Assembly (NCBI GenBank): GCA_035281625.1
Contig: DATEDO010000238.1
Coordinates: 35-64,034, forward strand
DNA length: 64,000 bases
Origin: Candidatus Methylomirabilota bacterium
Lineage (GTDB): Bacteria > Methylomirabilota > Methylomirabilia > Rokubacteriales > CSP1-6
Direction of reading: 5' to 3'
Shown here: positions 40,914-50,599 of the stretch, in pieces
Layout: the number at the start of each line of letters is the position of its first letter
Position numbering within the stretch: the stretch's first letter is position 1
Position numbers and translations under genes: made by a program
The notes under the pieces: model-generated
Databases searched by the model: none
Seen by the model: the letters and a program-made list of their open reading frames with translations, nothing else
What the model was told of the DNA's origin: nothing

Positions 40914-41786
40914 CTACTCGCCCTTCAAGAACTCGAGGACGACCTCGGCCAGCTCGTCCGGCGCCTCCTCGGGCAGGAAGTGGCCGGACGGGAGCGCGTG
41001 GCCCCGCAGGTCGCTCGCCCAGCGTTGCCAGATCGGCAGTGGGCCGTCGGCCGGCGCGTCCTCTTTGTCGCCCCAGAGCACCAGCAGCGGGCGCGTGATT
41101 CGCCGCCCCGCGGCGCGGTCCGCTTCGTCGATCGGTCGGTCCAGGTGAAGGGCCGCGCGATAGTCCGCGCAGATCCCGGGGAGGGTGGTCGGATTGACCG
41201 CGCGCACGTAGGCGTCCGCCGCCTCGGGCTCGATGGCGCCCGGCGTGCCGCACCACGTGTCGAGCGCGTGCCGCACGAACACCTCGGCGCTCGGGGCGAG
41301 CAGCCGCTCGGGCAGGGGCGCCGGCTGCGCGAGGAGGAACCACGGCAGATAGCCGAGCGCCGTCTCGGGCGTCATGCGTTCGAACTGATCCACCGTCGGC
41401 ACCACGTTGAGCACGGCCACGCGCAGAACACGCGACGGGTGATCGAGCGCCATGCGATACGCCACCCGTCCGCCGCGGTCGTGCCCCACGACCGCGAACT
41501 GCTCGAATCCCAGCGCCCGCATCAGCCCGACGAACTCGCTCGCCATCTCGCGCTTGCTGTAGCCCTCGCCCCGTGGACCCCCGGGGGGCGCGAGTGTCGC
41601 CCCGTAGCCCCGCAGGTCGGGCGCGACCACGGTGTGCGTTCGCGCGAGCCGCGGCGCCACCTTGCGCCAGCAGTGGTGCGTCTCGGGAAAGCCGTGCAGG
41701 AGCAGCACCGGCGGCCCTTCGCCAGTCATCACCAACTGGTAGTCGGCATCCCCAGCCAGGACCCGGCGCTGTTCCATGCGGCTCAT
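40914..41786 (-). CDS. alpha/beta hydrolase, epoxide hydrolase / haloacetate dehalogenase-like (Asp nucleophile)
   Basis: 290 aa from ATG 41786, with GGAGCAGGAG upstream. Has the HGFP oxyanion motif (LLLHGFPETHHCW) and GHDRGG nucleophile elbow. Confidence 0.8.
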   Translation of the reverse strand: MSRMEQRRVLAGDADYQLVMTGEGPPVLLLHGFPETHHCWRKVAPRLARTHTVVAPDLRGYGATLAPPGGPRGEGYSKREMASEFVGLMRALGFEQFAVVGHDRGGRVAYRMALDHPSRVLRVAVLNVVPTVDQFERMTPETALGYLPWFLLAQPAPLPERLLAPSAEVFVRHALDTWCGTPGAIEPEAADAYVRAVNPTTLPGICADYRAALHLDRPIDEADRAAGRRITRPLLVLWGDKEDAPADGPLPIWQRWASDLRGHALPSGHFLPEEAPDELAEVVLEFLKGE

Positions 41787-41863
41787 GGTGCTCCTGCTCC
41801 GGTGATCGCGCCAGCGGGAGCGGGGATTGCCCACACCGCGCCCGGCATGAGAGAAGAGACACG

Positions 41864-42496
41864 ATGATCGCCCCGCCCGCCCGCTGCATCCTCCTGATCC
41901 GTCACGGCGAGACCGCGGGCAATGCCTCGCGGATCGTCCAGAGGCCGGACGTCCCGCTCTCGCCGCGCGGTGAGGCCCAAGCCGAGGCGTTGGCCCGACG
42001 GCTCGCGAGCGACGGGGGCGTGGCGCGGATTCTCTCCAGCGACCTCGCGCGTGCCGTCGCCACCGCCGAGCGCCTACGCATCGCCACCGGGGCCCCGATC
42101 GAGTTCGACGCGCTCCTCCAGGAGCGCAACTTCGGCGATGTGCGCGGCACGCCGTATGACCAGCTCGACTTCGACCTCTTCGAGCCCGGCTATGCCCCGC
42201 CCAACGGCGAGACGTGGGAGGTGTTCCACGCGCGGGTGGACCAGGCGTGGGATCGCATCCGCGCCCTCTCCGCGGCCACGCCCGGCACCCTCGCCGTCGT
42301 CACGCACGGGCTGGTCTGCCGCTCCATCGCCGCGCGCCACGTAGCGCTCGGCGACGGCATGCGGGTGCCCGAGAAGTGGGACAACACCTCGGTCACCATC
42401 GTCGATGCGCGAGCGCCGTGGCGGGTGAGCCTGCTCAACTGCATCGCGCATTTGGACGGGACCGGCGCGATGCCGACGCGAGGCTCGGCCGTCTAA
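41864..42496 (+). CDS. histidine phosphatase (phosphoglycerate mutase-like) family protein
   Basis: 210 aa. RHG motif LIRHGETAGN, with a later THG. Confidence 0.8.
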   Translation: MIAPPARCILLIRHGETAGNASRIVQRPDVPLSPRGEAQAEALARRLASDGGVARILSSDLARAVATAERLRIATGAPIEFDALLQERNFGDVRGTPYDQLDFDLFEPGYAPPNGETWEVFHARVDQAWDRIRALSAATPGTLAVVTHGLVCRSIAARHVALGDGMRVPEKWDNTSVTIVDARAPWRVSLLNCIAHLDGTGAMPTRGSAV

Positions 42497-42587
42497 GGCC
42501 GGCGATCGTCCGGCGCCTCCCGCCGTCCACCCGGAATTCCATCTGGCGTTCGGAAAAGCGAAAAAAGCGCTTGAAAAGACGCTATAG

Positions 42588-42602
42588 TGGCCCACCCGGT
42601 GC
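42588..42602 (+). promoter_or_regulatory. candidate sigma-54 type -24/-12 element TGGCCC-N5-GTGC
   Basis: GG and GC are spaced as in the TGGCAC-N5-TTGC consensus. It lies 44 nt upstream of ATG 42646 and just downstream of three phased GAAAAGCG-like A-tracts (42553-42581). Weak match, and no enhancer-binding protein in the window. Confidence 0.25.
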
Positions 42603-42645
42603 CGGGGTGGGGCAATGGCCGGGGCGCAAAGGAGGCGTTCACGGG

Positions 42646-43788
42646 ATGGAGACCATCGTCGATCCGAGCGAATCGGCCCCGAGACCCCAGACGCCGCGGC
42701 GCCGCTTCCTGGTACGGGCAGGCGGCGCACTGACCGCCGCCGCCGCCGGCGCCGTCGTGGCCGCCCCCGCCGTCATCGCCCAGCCGAAGGTGAAGTGGCG
42801 GCTCTCCACCGCCTATCCCGCGTCGCTCGACACGCTGCACGGGGCCGCCGAGCGCCTCGCCGCCATCGTGAACGAGATGAGCGGCGGGCGCTTCGTCATC
42901 GAGGTCTACCCCGGCGGCCAGCTCATGCCGCCCTTCGAGGTCTTCGACGCGACCTCCCAGGGCCGGATCGAAGCCTTCATGTCGGTGCCGTACTACTTCA
43001 CGGAGCGCAAGAAGGAGTCCGCCTTCGAGTGGTTCACGACGGTGCCGTTCGGGATGAACCCTCAGGGCATGGCCGCCTGGTACCACTACGGCGACGGCTT
43101 CAAGCTCCTGGAAGAGAGCTACGCCGCGTTCAACCTCGTGCCGAAGCCCGGGCCCGCCTTCGCCCCGCAGATGGGCGGGTGGTTCCGGAAGAAGATCAAC
43201 TCGCTGGCCGACTACAAGGGCCTTCGCATGCGCATCGGCGGGCTCGGCGGCCGGATCATCGGGCGGGCCGGCGCCACCGCCATCCTGACGCCGGCGGCCG
43301 AGATCTTCGGCGCCCTCGAGCGCGGTGTGATCGACGCGGGCGAATGGGTGGCGCCTCACGACGACATGAAGCTCGGCCTCCACAACACCGCCCCCTACTA
43401 CTACTACCCTGGCTGGCACGAGCCCGGCACGATGCAGGGCTTCGGCTTCAATCGAAAGGCCTACGAGGCGCTTCCCGCCGAGCTCCGGCAGACGCTCGCG
43501 CATGCGGCCGCCGCCACCGAGGTGTACGGGATCAGCGGCTATCACCAGAAGAACGCCGTTGCGCTGGCGCGGATGCGGACGGAGTTCAAGGGCAAGATCG
43601 AGCTCATCCAGTTCCCGGCGCCCGTGCTGCGCGAGCTGAAGAAGATCGCGGTCGACGTCCTCCGGGAGGAGTCGGAAAAGACCCCGATGGCGAAGAAGGT
43701 GTACGCGTCCTTCACGAAGTTCCAGGAGCTGGTGGGGCCCTGGGACACGGTCACCGAGGGAGCGGCTCACCAGCACGTGATCCGGTGA
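42646..43788 (+). CDS. TRAP-type (DctP family) substrate-binding protein with a twin-arginine signal, no DctQM partner
   Basis: 380 aa. Tat motif RRRFLVRAG followed by AxA. DctP-like body. AAAGGAGG lies upstream. Confidence 0.8.
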   Translation: METIVDPSESAPRPQTPRRRFLVRAGGALTAAAAGAVVAAPAVIAQPKVKWRLSTAYPASLDTLHGAAERLAAIVNEMSGGRFVIEVYPGGQLMPPFEVFDATSQGRIEAFMSVPYYFTERKKESAFEWFTTVPFGMNPQGMAAWYHYGDGFKLLEESYAAFNLVPKPGPAFAPQMGGWFRKKINSLADYKGLRMRIGGLGGRIIGRAGATAILTPAAEIFGALERGVIDAGEWVAPHDDMKLGLHNTAPYYYYPGWHEPGTMQGFGFNRKAYEALPAELRQTLAHAAAATEVYGISGYHQKNAVALARMRTEFKGKIELIQFPAPVLRELKKIAVDVLREESEKTPMAKKVYASFTKFQELVGPWDTVTEGAAHQHVIR

Positions 43789-44753
43789 CGAGGCGCGCCG
43801 CCCTCCTCGGGCTCGCGCTGCTCCTCGGGGCTCCCCTCGCGGCGGCGGCGCAGGAGGCGCGCCGCCCCGTGCGCATCGGTGTCCTGAATGCCGCGTGGGC
43901 GGCCAGCCATCCCACCGTGGAGGGGCTCAAGGCCGGCCTCCGCGAGCTGGGCCTCGAGGACGGCCGCGACGTGGCGTTCGACATCCGCTTCACGGAGGGC
44001 CGGGTCGACGCCATGCCGGCCGCCGCCGCCGCGCTGGTCACGACGGGTGTCGATCTCATCGTCACGAGCGAGGAGGCCGCGACCAAGGCGGCCCGGGAGG
44101 CGACGAGCAGCATCCCCATCGTGTTCACCCTGGTGGGCGACCCCGTCGGCGCGCAGCTCGTCCGCTCACTCGCCCGGCCGGGCGGCAACGTGACGGGCGT
44201 GTCGAGCCTCCAGACCGAGCTGATGGCCAAGCGTCTGGAGGTCCTGCGTACGCTCGTACCCACGGTGCGCCGCGTCTGGCTGGTCTATTACGGCGCCGAC
44301 CTCGGCTCCACCCCCATGATCCGCCGGGCCCTCGAGGCGACCCAGGCCATGGGGATCGAGGTCGTGCCGAGGGGAGTGCTCGACGCCGCGCAGCTCGAAG
44401 GCGCCTTCCGCCAGGTGCGGCCCGGCGACGCGATACTCGTCCCCGAGGGATCGAATCCCGAGCTCGTGATCGCGATCATCGGGCGCGCGCTCGCGCTCCG
44501 CCTGCCCACCGTGTTCGGCACCGCCCTCTGGGTGGGTCACGGCGGCCTCATCTCCTACGGCCCCGACTACTACGCGCAGGGCGTTCAGGCGGCCGGCCTC
44601 GTGGTCCGGATCCTGCGTGGCGCCGCGCCGCGCGACCTCCCCGTGGTCGGCGCGGAGAAGATCGACCTCGCGGTGAACCTCAAGACTGCCGAGCTGCTCG
44701 GCGTCACCGTGCCGCGCAAGATCCTCCTCCGGGCCGACGCCTTCCGGCGGTGA
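43785..44753 (+). CDS. COG2984-type periplasmic binding protein, copy 3
   Basis: 322 aa. GTG start overlaps the TRAP-SBP stop (GTGA). Has a signal peptide, IPIVFTLVGDPVGAQLV and PGGNVTG. Paralogous to 33097..35048. Confidence 0.8.
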   Translation: MTRRAALLGLALLLGAPLAAAAQEARRPVRIGVLNAAWAASHPTVEGLKAGLRELGLEDGRDVAFDIRFTEGRVDAMPAAAAALVTTGVDLIVTSEEAATKAAREATSSIPIVFTLVGDPVGAQLVRSLARPGGNVTGVSSLQTELMAKRLEVLRTLVPTVRRVWLVYYGADLGSTPMIRRALEATQAMGIEVVPRGVLDAAQLEGAFRQVRPGDAILVPEGSNPELVIAIIGRALALRLPTVFGTALWVGHGGLISYGPDYYAQGVQAAGLVVRILRGAAPRDLPVVGAEKIDLAVNLKTAELLGVTVPRKILLRADAFRR

Positions 44754-47188
44754 GAAGTCCCTTCCCACGCAGCCCGCTGGTCCGCAAGTACGTCGTCGTC
44801 CTGCTCGTCCTCGTGGGCGGCGTGCTGATGGCCTCGAGCCTGGTCGAGCTCTACTTCGTCTATCGCGAGACCCAGCGCGCCATCGTCCGGGTCGAGCGGG
44901 CCAAGGCGGTGGCGGCGGCCGGACGCATCGAGCAGTTCCTGAAGGAGGTCGAGCTCCAGGTGCGTGAGACGACCCGGACGGCGTCCGACGATCCGGACGC
45001 GAGCCAGACCGGCCCCGCCCGGCTGGGCTTCCGCCAGGGGCTCGGCGCCGCCCTCGTCGAGCAGCGCGAGCTCGACTTCCTCCGCGTACTGCGCAACGTG
45101 CCCGCCGTGACCGCCTTGCGGCACGCGGACCTCGCCGGCCGGGAGCAGCTGCGGGTGTCGCGTCTGGATCCCGATGTGCTCGGCAGCGGAGCCGATCTCT
45201 CCAGCGCCCCCGAGTTCGTGGCCGCGCGCGGGGGCAAGACCTACTGGAGCCCCGTCTACCTCAAGAACGAGTGGGAGCCATACGCCACGCTGGCCGTGCC
45301 CGCGGGGAAATACGCCATCGAGGTCACGACGGCGGAAGTGAATCTCGCCGCCGTCGTGCGTATCGTCAGTCAGATCGAGGCGGGCCCCGGCGGCTATGCC
45401 TACGTCGTGGACGCGCGCGACCATCTGGTCGCCCATCCGGACCACCGGGTCCTCCAGACCCGGCGGGATCTCTCCGCCGCGGTGCAGGTGAAGGCCGGGC
45501 GCGCCGAGGAGCGCGCCGCTGCCGGCGGGGAGCCCATCGCCCATGTCGCCGAAGGGCTGAGCGGCGGACGCGTGCTCGCCGCTCACGCGGCGATCGGCAA
45601 TCTCGGCTGGATGGTGTTCGTGGAGCGGCCCGCGGCGGACGCGTATGCACCGCTGCGCGCCCCCATCGCGCGCAGCGCGGTGATCTTCGTGTTGGGCCTG
45701 GGGCTCTCGGTCCTCGCGAGCGTGCTCCTCGCGCGCCGCATGGTGGCGCCCATCCGCACGCTTCAGGAGGGGGCGGCGCGCATCGGCGCGGGCGAGCTGG
45801 GGCATCGCATCACCCTTCGGACGGGCGACGAGCTCGAGGCCCTGGGGGACGAGCTCAACCGCAGCGCCGCCCAGCTTGCCGAGTCCTACGCGAACCTGGA
45901 GCAGAAGGTGGAAGCGCGCACGCGCGAGCTGGCCACCGCCAATGCCGGGCTCACCGAGGCCCTGCAGGAGCTCCAGGCGCTGGGCGAGGTGAGCCGCGCG
46001 CTCAGCTCGACCCTGGATCTCGAGACCGTGCTCAGCACCATCGTGACCCGGGCGAGCGAGCTCGCCCACACCGACTCGTGCACCGTCTACGAGTACGACG
46101 AGGGCACGGAGCAGCTCCTGCTCCGGGCGACCCACGATCTGGACGAAGCGGTGGTCGCGGTCGCCAAGCGTTCGCCCATCCGGCGTGGCGAGGGTGTGGC
46201 GGGCCGACTGGCGCTGACCCGCGAGCCCATCGAGATCCCCGACATGGCGGAAGCCGGCGCCTACACGGGACCGCTGCGCGACGTGCTGCTGCGCACCGGC
46301 ACCCGCGCGCTTCTCGGTGTGCCGCTGCTCCACGAGGATCGGCTCGTGGGCGCCCTCACCGTGAATCGGAAGACACCGGGCGCCTTCGCGCCGGAGATCG
46401 TCGCACTCCTCCGCACCTTCGCCAGCCAGTCGGCGCTCGCCATCCAGAACGCCCGGCTCTACCGGGAGATCGCCGAGAAGAGCCGCGAGCTGGAGGCGGC
46501 GAGCCGCCACAAGAGCGAGTTCCTCGCCAACATGTCGCATGAGCTCCGCACGCCGCTCAACGCCATCCTGGGCTTTTCCGAGGTGCTGCACGAGGGCATG
46601 TTCGGCGAGGTCAACGAGAAACAGGCCGAGTACCTGCGGGACATCCTGGAGTCGGGCCGGCATCTGCTTTCGCTGATCAACGACATCCTCGATCTTTCCA
46701 AGATCGAGGCCGGCCGCATGGAGCTGGATTCCGCCGACTTCGACCTGCCCAGCGCCATCGAGAACGCCTTGACCCTGGTGCGCGAGCGCGCCGGGCGGCG
46801 AGGCATCCAGCTCGGCCACGCCACCGATCGCGCCCTCGGGGTGGTCCACGCGGACGAGCGCAAGCTCAAGCAGGTGCTGCTGAATCTCCTGTCCAACGCG
46901 CTGAAGTTCACCCCCGAAGGCGGTCGGGTCGACGTGCGCGCGGTGAGCCGGGGCGACCACGCCGAGATCTCGGTGGCCGACACCGGCGTCGGCATCGCCC
47001 CTGAAGATCAGGAGACCATCTTCGAGGAGTTCCGGCAGGTGGGCGCGTCGGAGAAGAAGGTCGAGGGCACCGGCCTGGGCCTGGCCCTCTCCCGCCGGTT
47101 CATCGAGCTCCACGGCGGGCGCATGTGGGTGACGAGCGAGGTGGGGAAGGGCTCCGTCTTCAGCTTCACGCTGCCGTTGCGGCAGTGA
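44750..47188 (+). CDS. sensor histidine kinase: TM, periplasmic Cache-like domain, TM, HAMP, coiled coil, GAF, HisKA, HATPase_c
   Basis: 812 aa. GTG start overlaps the SBP stop (GTGA). H-box SHELRTPLNAI, with N, G1 and G2 boxes (LLSNALKFT, DTGVGI, GTGLGLALS). No receiver domain and no adjacent response regulator. Confidence 0.9.
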   Translation: MRSPFPRSPLVRKYVVVLLVLVGGVLMASSLVELYFVYRETQRAIVRVERAKAVAAAGRIEQFLKEVELQVRETTRTASDDPDASQTGPARLGFRQGLGAALVEQRELDFLRVLRNVPAVTALRHADLAGREQLRVSRLDPDVLGSGADLSSAPEFVAARGGKTYWSPVYLKNEWEPYATLAVPAGKYAIEVTTAEVNLAAVVRIVSQIEAGPGGYAYVVDARDHLVAHPDHRVLQTRRDLSAAVQVKAGRAEERAAAGGEPIAHVAEGLSGGRVLAAHAAIGNLGWMVFVERPAADAYAPLRAPIARSAVIFVLGLGLSVLASVLLARRMVAPIRTLQEGAARIGAGELGHRITLRTGDELEALGDELNRSAAQLAESYANLEQKVEARTRELATANAGLTEALQELQALGEVSRALSSTLDLETVLSTIVTRASELAHTDSCTVYEYDEGTEQLLLRATHDLDEAVVAVAKRSPIRRGEGVAGRLALTREPIEIPDMAEAGAYTGPLRDVLLRTGTRALLGVPLLHEDRLVGALTVNRKTPGAFAPEIVALLRTFASQSALAIQNARLYREIAEKSRELEAASRHKSEFLANMSHELRTPLNAILGFSEVLHEGMFGEVNEKQAEYLRDILESGRHLLSLINDILDLSKIEAGRMELDSADFDLPSAIENALTLVRERAGRRGIQLGHATDRALGVVHADERKLKQVLLNLLSNALKFTPEGGRVDVRAVSRGDHAEISVADTGVGIAPEDQETIFEEFRQVGASEKKVEGTGLGLALSRRFIELHGGRMWVTSEVGKGSVFSFTLPLRQ

Positions 47189-47241
47189 AGGACGACGTCC
47201 GCGCCGAGGCCGCTATCGTCGCCGTCGCCGGCTTCGCGCCC

Positions 47242-47727
47242 TCAAGCCGTGGTCTGCCCGAGCGCCGCCCGGAGATCGGCCCGCGCGCTTGGCCAGCCGG
47301 GCAAGGTGGCCCAGCTGAAAGCGTCGCCGCCGATGCTCACCACGCTGGGGTCCTGGGCCACCACGGTGAAGCGCTCCCACGGCGACAGGACCTCCTGATG
47401 CGGACCCACGGAGCCGCCGTCGCGCAGGAGATGCAGGACGATCTGCGCGCGCTGCGGCGCCTGCCCCGGCCACGGTGTGCTCAGCACCCACGCGCGGTCC
47501 CAGTCGTCCAGATACGGCCGCGAGGGCGGCCCCGGCGCGCCGTCGATCCGTCGTGGCCGGCGCTCGATCGTCCAGGTTCGCGGCAGCACCGTGCCGATGC
47601 GCCGCTCCAGTGCCTCGACCTCGTCGATCACGGGCGGGATGTCTGGGCCGGGCACGCCTCCGAACAGCACGCGGTGGAGCGCGCGCGCGGCGAGGAGGAG
47701 CGCGATGAGGCGAAGAAGCTGGCGCAT
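47242..47727 (-). CDS. hypothetical secreted protein
   Basis: 161 aa with an N-terminal signal-like MRQLLRLIALLLAARA. No recognised family. Lies 11 nt downstream of the preceding hypothetical gene. Confidence 0.4.
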   Translation of the reverse strand: MRQLLRLIALLLAARALHRVLFGGVPGPDIPPVIDEVEALERRIGTVLPRTWTIERRPRRIDGAPGPPSRPYLDDWDRAWVLSTPWPGQAPQRAQIVLHLLRDGGSVGPHQEVLSPWERFTVVAQDPSVVSIGGDAFSWATLPGWPSARADLRAALGQTTA

Positions 47728-47738
47728 GAGGGAAGCCG

Positions 47739-48368
47739 CTACGGGTACTTGAGCCGGACGAAGAGCTTGCTGATGGCGGACCGCCGGTTCCGGAGGCAGA
47801 CGCAGGTGACGTCGATGTCGAAGTTGAGCTCAAAGCTCCGGATCGCGCCGTCGTGGCCGGCCCGGAGGTCACGGACGGACATCCCGCTGCCACCCTCGAG
47901 CTCCTGACATTCCCACCGCAGGATCCAGCCACCGAGATGGGTGGGGTAGCGGTCCTGCAGCATGAAGTCCAGCTCTTCCTGCGTCCATTCGGTGCAGCGC
48001 TTCTCGAGGATTCGCTGGATGCGCTCCCATATGGATGGATCCGGCGAGCCCGAGATCCGGTCGAGCGCGGCGTCCACCTCGGCCCGGTCGAGCCGATGCC
48101 GACCGCCGCTGGCGTCCACGTACTCGACGAAGCCCGTCCCGGCATTGAAGGTCGTGCGGCAGGCCGCGGAGGAGCCGGCCAGCAGCGCCGGATCGGTGTA
48201 GGGCGGCGACGAGACCTGGCCGTCGAACGTGACCGACAGGTTGAGGATGTCGGCCATGCCGGGGATCTCGTCGTATCGCGCGCACACTCTGAACGAGCAG
48301 ACCCCCTGACAGGGCGGCCTGCGACCCGGACAGTCGATGCGCAAAGCCTGGGAGCAGAGCTCCGGCAT
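47739..48368 (-). CDS. hypothetical protein (alternative start ATG 48257)
   Basis: 209 aa ORF, or 172 aa from the alternative start. Codon usage is coding-like. Cys-rich N-terminal extension. No recognised family. Confidence 0.4.
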   Translation of the reverse strand: MPELCSQALRIDCPGRRPPCQGVCSFRVCARYDEIPGMADILNLSVTFDGQVSSPPYTDPALLAGSSAACRTTFNAGTGFVEYVDASGGRHRLDRAEVDAALDRISGSPDPSIWERIQRILEKRCTEWTQEELDFMLQDRYPTHLGGWILRWECQELEGGSGMSVRDLRAGHDGAIRSFELNFDIDVTCVCLRNRRSAISKLFVRLKYP

Positions 48369-48413
48369 GGCGCGGGCATTGTACGCCGCCGGCGTCCCAC
48401 GCGGCGGCGCCTT

Positions 48414-49643
48414 CTATGGCAAGGACGGGGGCGGCGGTCGCGTGGTGGCCTCCCGCCGCCGCGCAAGCAGCACCAGAGCCCCCACCGCGAGCGCGCCCGC
48501 GCTCCCCCCGATCGCGCACGCCGCCCGCACGCCGAGATGCTCGGCGAGCGTGCCCACCAGGAGCGATCCGAACGGCGTGACGCCCGCGAAGGCCATGGCG
48601 TAGAGGCCCATCACGCGCCCGCGCAGCGCCGGGGGCGTGATGAGCTGCAGCGTCGTGTTGCACGAGGTCGTGAAGTAGATCTGGAGCGCCCCGAGCACGG
48701 CCAGGGTCACGACGGCCAGCCCGAAGTGCGCGACCAGGCCGAGCGCGGCCACGCCCGCGCACAAGATCCCGGCCGCGCCGGCCAAGAAGGCCAGGGGCGG
48801 CCGGTCGGTACGCAGGAGGGCGATACCGCCCGCGCCCACCACCGCCCCGCCGCCCAGCGCCGACATGAGATAGCCGAAGCCCTGCGCGCCCTCGCGCAGC
48901 ACGTCGCGCGCGATCAGCGGCACCACCACGTTGAAGTTCAACCCGAGCAGGCTCACCACCACCAGGAGCGAGAGGATGAAGCCCACCGCCGGCGTGCCCG
49001 TCGCGTAGGTGAGCGCCCCCAGCACGCCCTGACGCAGGCCGAGCCGGCCCGCGGGATCGGGGTCGCCCTGGGTGCGCATGGCGAGGAGCGCCACCAGCAC
49101 CGCCACGAACGAGAGCGCGTTCAGGTAGAACGCCACCGCCACGTCGTAGCGGGCGATGAGGAGGCCGGCCACGCTCGGCCCCACGATGCGCGCGCCGTTG
49201 AACACCACGGAGTTGAGCGCCACCGCGTTGGGCAGATCGGCCCGCCCCACCACGTCGGTGATGAAGGCCTGCCGCGCGGGGATGTCGAGGGCGCGGCCGA
49301 GCCCGTAGATCGCGGCGAGGAGGGCGACGTGCCAGTAGCGCACGTGCCCGTGGCGCACCAGCACCGCCAGCACCAGCGCCTGGATCATCATCACGGCCTG
49401 GGTGACGAGGAGGATGTTCCGCTTACCGAGGCGGTCGCTGATGGCGCCGCCCACCGTGGAGAACAGCAGGATCGGCGTGAACTGGAGCGCGTTCACCACG
49501 CCCAGCGACAGCGGCGAGCCCGTCAGCTCGAGCACCAGCCACGACTGCCCCACGCTCTGCATCCACGTGCCGATGAGGGAGACGAGCTGCCCGCCCCAGA
49601 AGAGGCGGAAGTCGCGATGGCGAAACGCGCCGAGCCCGGGCAT
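48414..49643 (-). CDS. MFS transporter (EntS/MFS_3-like)
   Basis: 409 aa. N-terminus FRHRDFRLFWGGQLVSLIGTWMQ is typical of this MFS subfamily, with 12 predicted helices. Confidence 0.85.
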   Translation of the reverse strand: MPGLGAFRHRDFRLFWGGQLVSLIGTWMQSVGQSWLVLELTGSPLSLGVVNALQFTPILLFSTVGGAISDRLGKRNILLVTQAVMMIQALVLAVLVRHGHVRYWHVALLAAIYGLGRALDIPARQAFITDVVGRADLPNAVALNSVVFNGARIVGPSVAGLLIARYDVAVAFYLNALSFVAVLVALLAMRTQGDPDPAGRLGLRQGVLGALTYATGTPAVGFILSLLVVVSLLGLNFNVVVPLIARDVLREGAQGFGYLMSALGGGAVVGAGGIALLRTDRPPLAFLAGAAGILCAGVAALGLVAHFGLAVVTLAVLGALQIYFTTSCNTTLQLITPPALRGRVMGLYAMAFAGVTPFGSLLVGTLAEHLGVRAACAIGGSAGALAVGALVLLARRREATTRPPPPSLP

Positions 49644-49663
49644 ACCTCCTGACTATAAGCGCG

Positions 49664-50590
49664 CTACTTCGGGCGGGCCGCGACCTGGGGCGAGTCGTTC
49701 AGGATGATCGGCAGGCCCGTCTTGTCGCCCAGAATGACCACCTTGGTGTTCGGGCTCTTCGACAGCTCGTGCGCCACCTCGATGGCCTTCCACTTCAGGA
49801 GCTGATCCGAGATCCCCTGCATGACCGTCTTCTGGAAGTCGGCGATGCCCGTCGCCTCCACGCGCTTGCGCTCGGCCTCCTGCCGCTCCTTCTGCAGCAC
49901 GAAGCGCATCCGCTCGGCGTCCTGCTCGGCGGCCAGCTTGGAGTTGATGGCGTCCTCCACCATCTTGGGCAGCACGATCTTCCGCAGCAGCACCTTCTCC
50001 AGCACGATCCCGCGCTGGGTCAGCGTCTTCGAGAGCTCGTCCTGGATCTGCTGGGCGATCACCTCGCGCCCGGAGGTGTAGAGGTCCTTGGCCTCGTGGT
50101 TCACCGTGGCCCCTCTGATGGTGGAGCGGAGCTGCGGCAGGATGAACACCTTGGCGTACTGATCGCCGAGCGTCCGGTACACGCCGGGAGCGGACGTGCC
50201 GTCCAGGTGATAGAGCACCGAGACCTCCAGCCCCACCGTGAGACCTTCCTTGCTGGGGACGTCGGCGTGCTCGAACAGCTCGAGCGTGCGCACCGACATG
50301 AAGCGCACGTCCTTCAGCGGATTGATGAGGTTCAAGCCCTCGGTCAGCGGCGTGTCGACGATGCGCCCGAAGAGGATCTGCACCCCCACGGTGCCGCCCG
50401 GCACGACGCGGAACGAGGCCAGGAGCACGCCCAGGAGGATGACGGCCACGCCCACGAACGGCATGGCGGCGCGCACCTTGCGCACCTCCTCCACCTTGCG
50501 CCCCGCCACGTCCGGGGTCGGGCGCGGGACGGCCAGGCCGATGACGATGAGCGCCACGCCCACGATGATCGAGAGGACGAAGAAGGTCAT
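49664..50590 (-). CDS. SPFH/band-7 (prohibitin/stomatin-like) membrane protein
   Basis: 308 aa. Two N-terminal TM segments, then an SPFH core (VPGGTVGVQILFGRI..., coiled-coil AAEQDAERMRFVLQKERQEAERKRVEA). Confidence 0.85.
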   Translation of the reverse strand: MTFFVLSIIVGVALIVIGLAVPRPTPDVAGRKVEEVRKVRAAMPFVGVAVILLGVLLASFRVVPGGTVGVQILFGRIVDTPLTEGLNLINPLKDVRFMSVRTLELFEHADVPSKEGLTVGLEVSVLYHLDGTSAPGVYRTLGDQYAKVFILPQLRSTIRGATVNHEAKDLYTSGREVIAQQIQDELSKTLTQRGIVLEKVLLRKIVLPKMVEDAINSKLAAEQDAERMRFVLQKERQEAERKRVEATGIADFQKTVMQGISDQLLKWKAIEVAHELSKSPNTKVVILGDKTGLPIILNDSPQVAARPK

Positions 50591-50599
50591 CGGCGCCTC

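Noticed and set aside
42571-42588. Sigma-70 promoter formed by TTGAAA and TATAGT
   Set aside because: The two hexamers are only 6 nt apart, and about 17 nt is needed. They cannot function together as -35 and -10 elements.
44585-47113. 842-aa minus-strand ORF
   Set aside because: It is antisense to the histidine kinase, which has H, N and G boxes. Shadow ORF.
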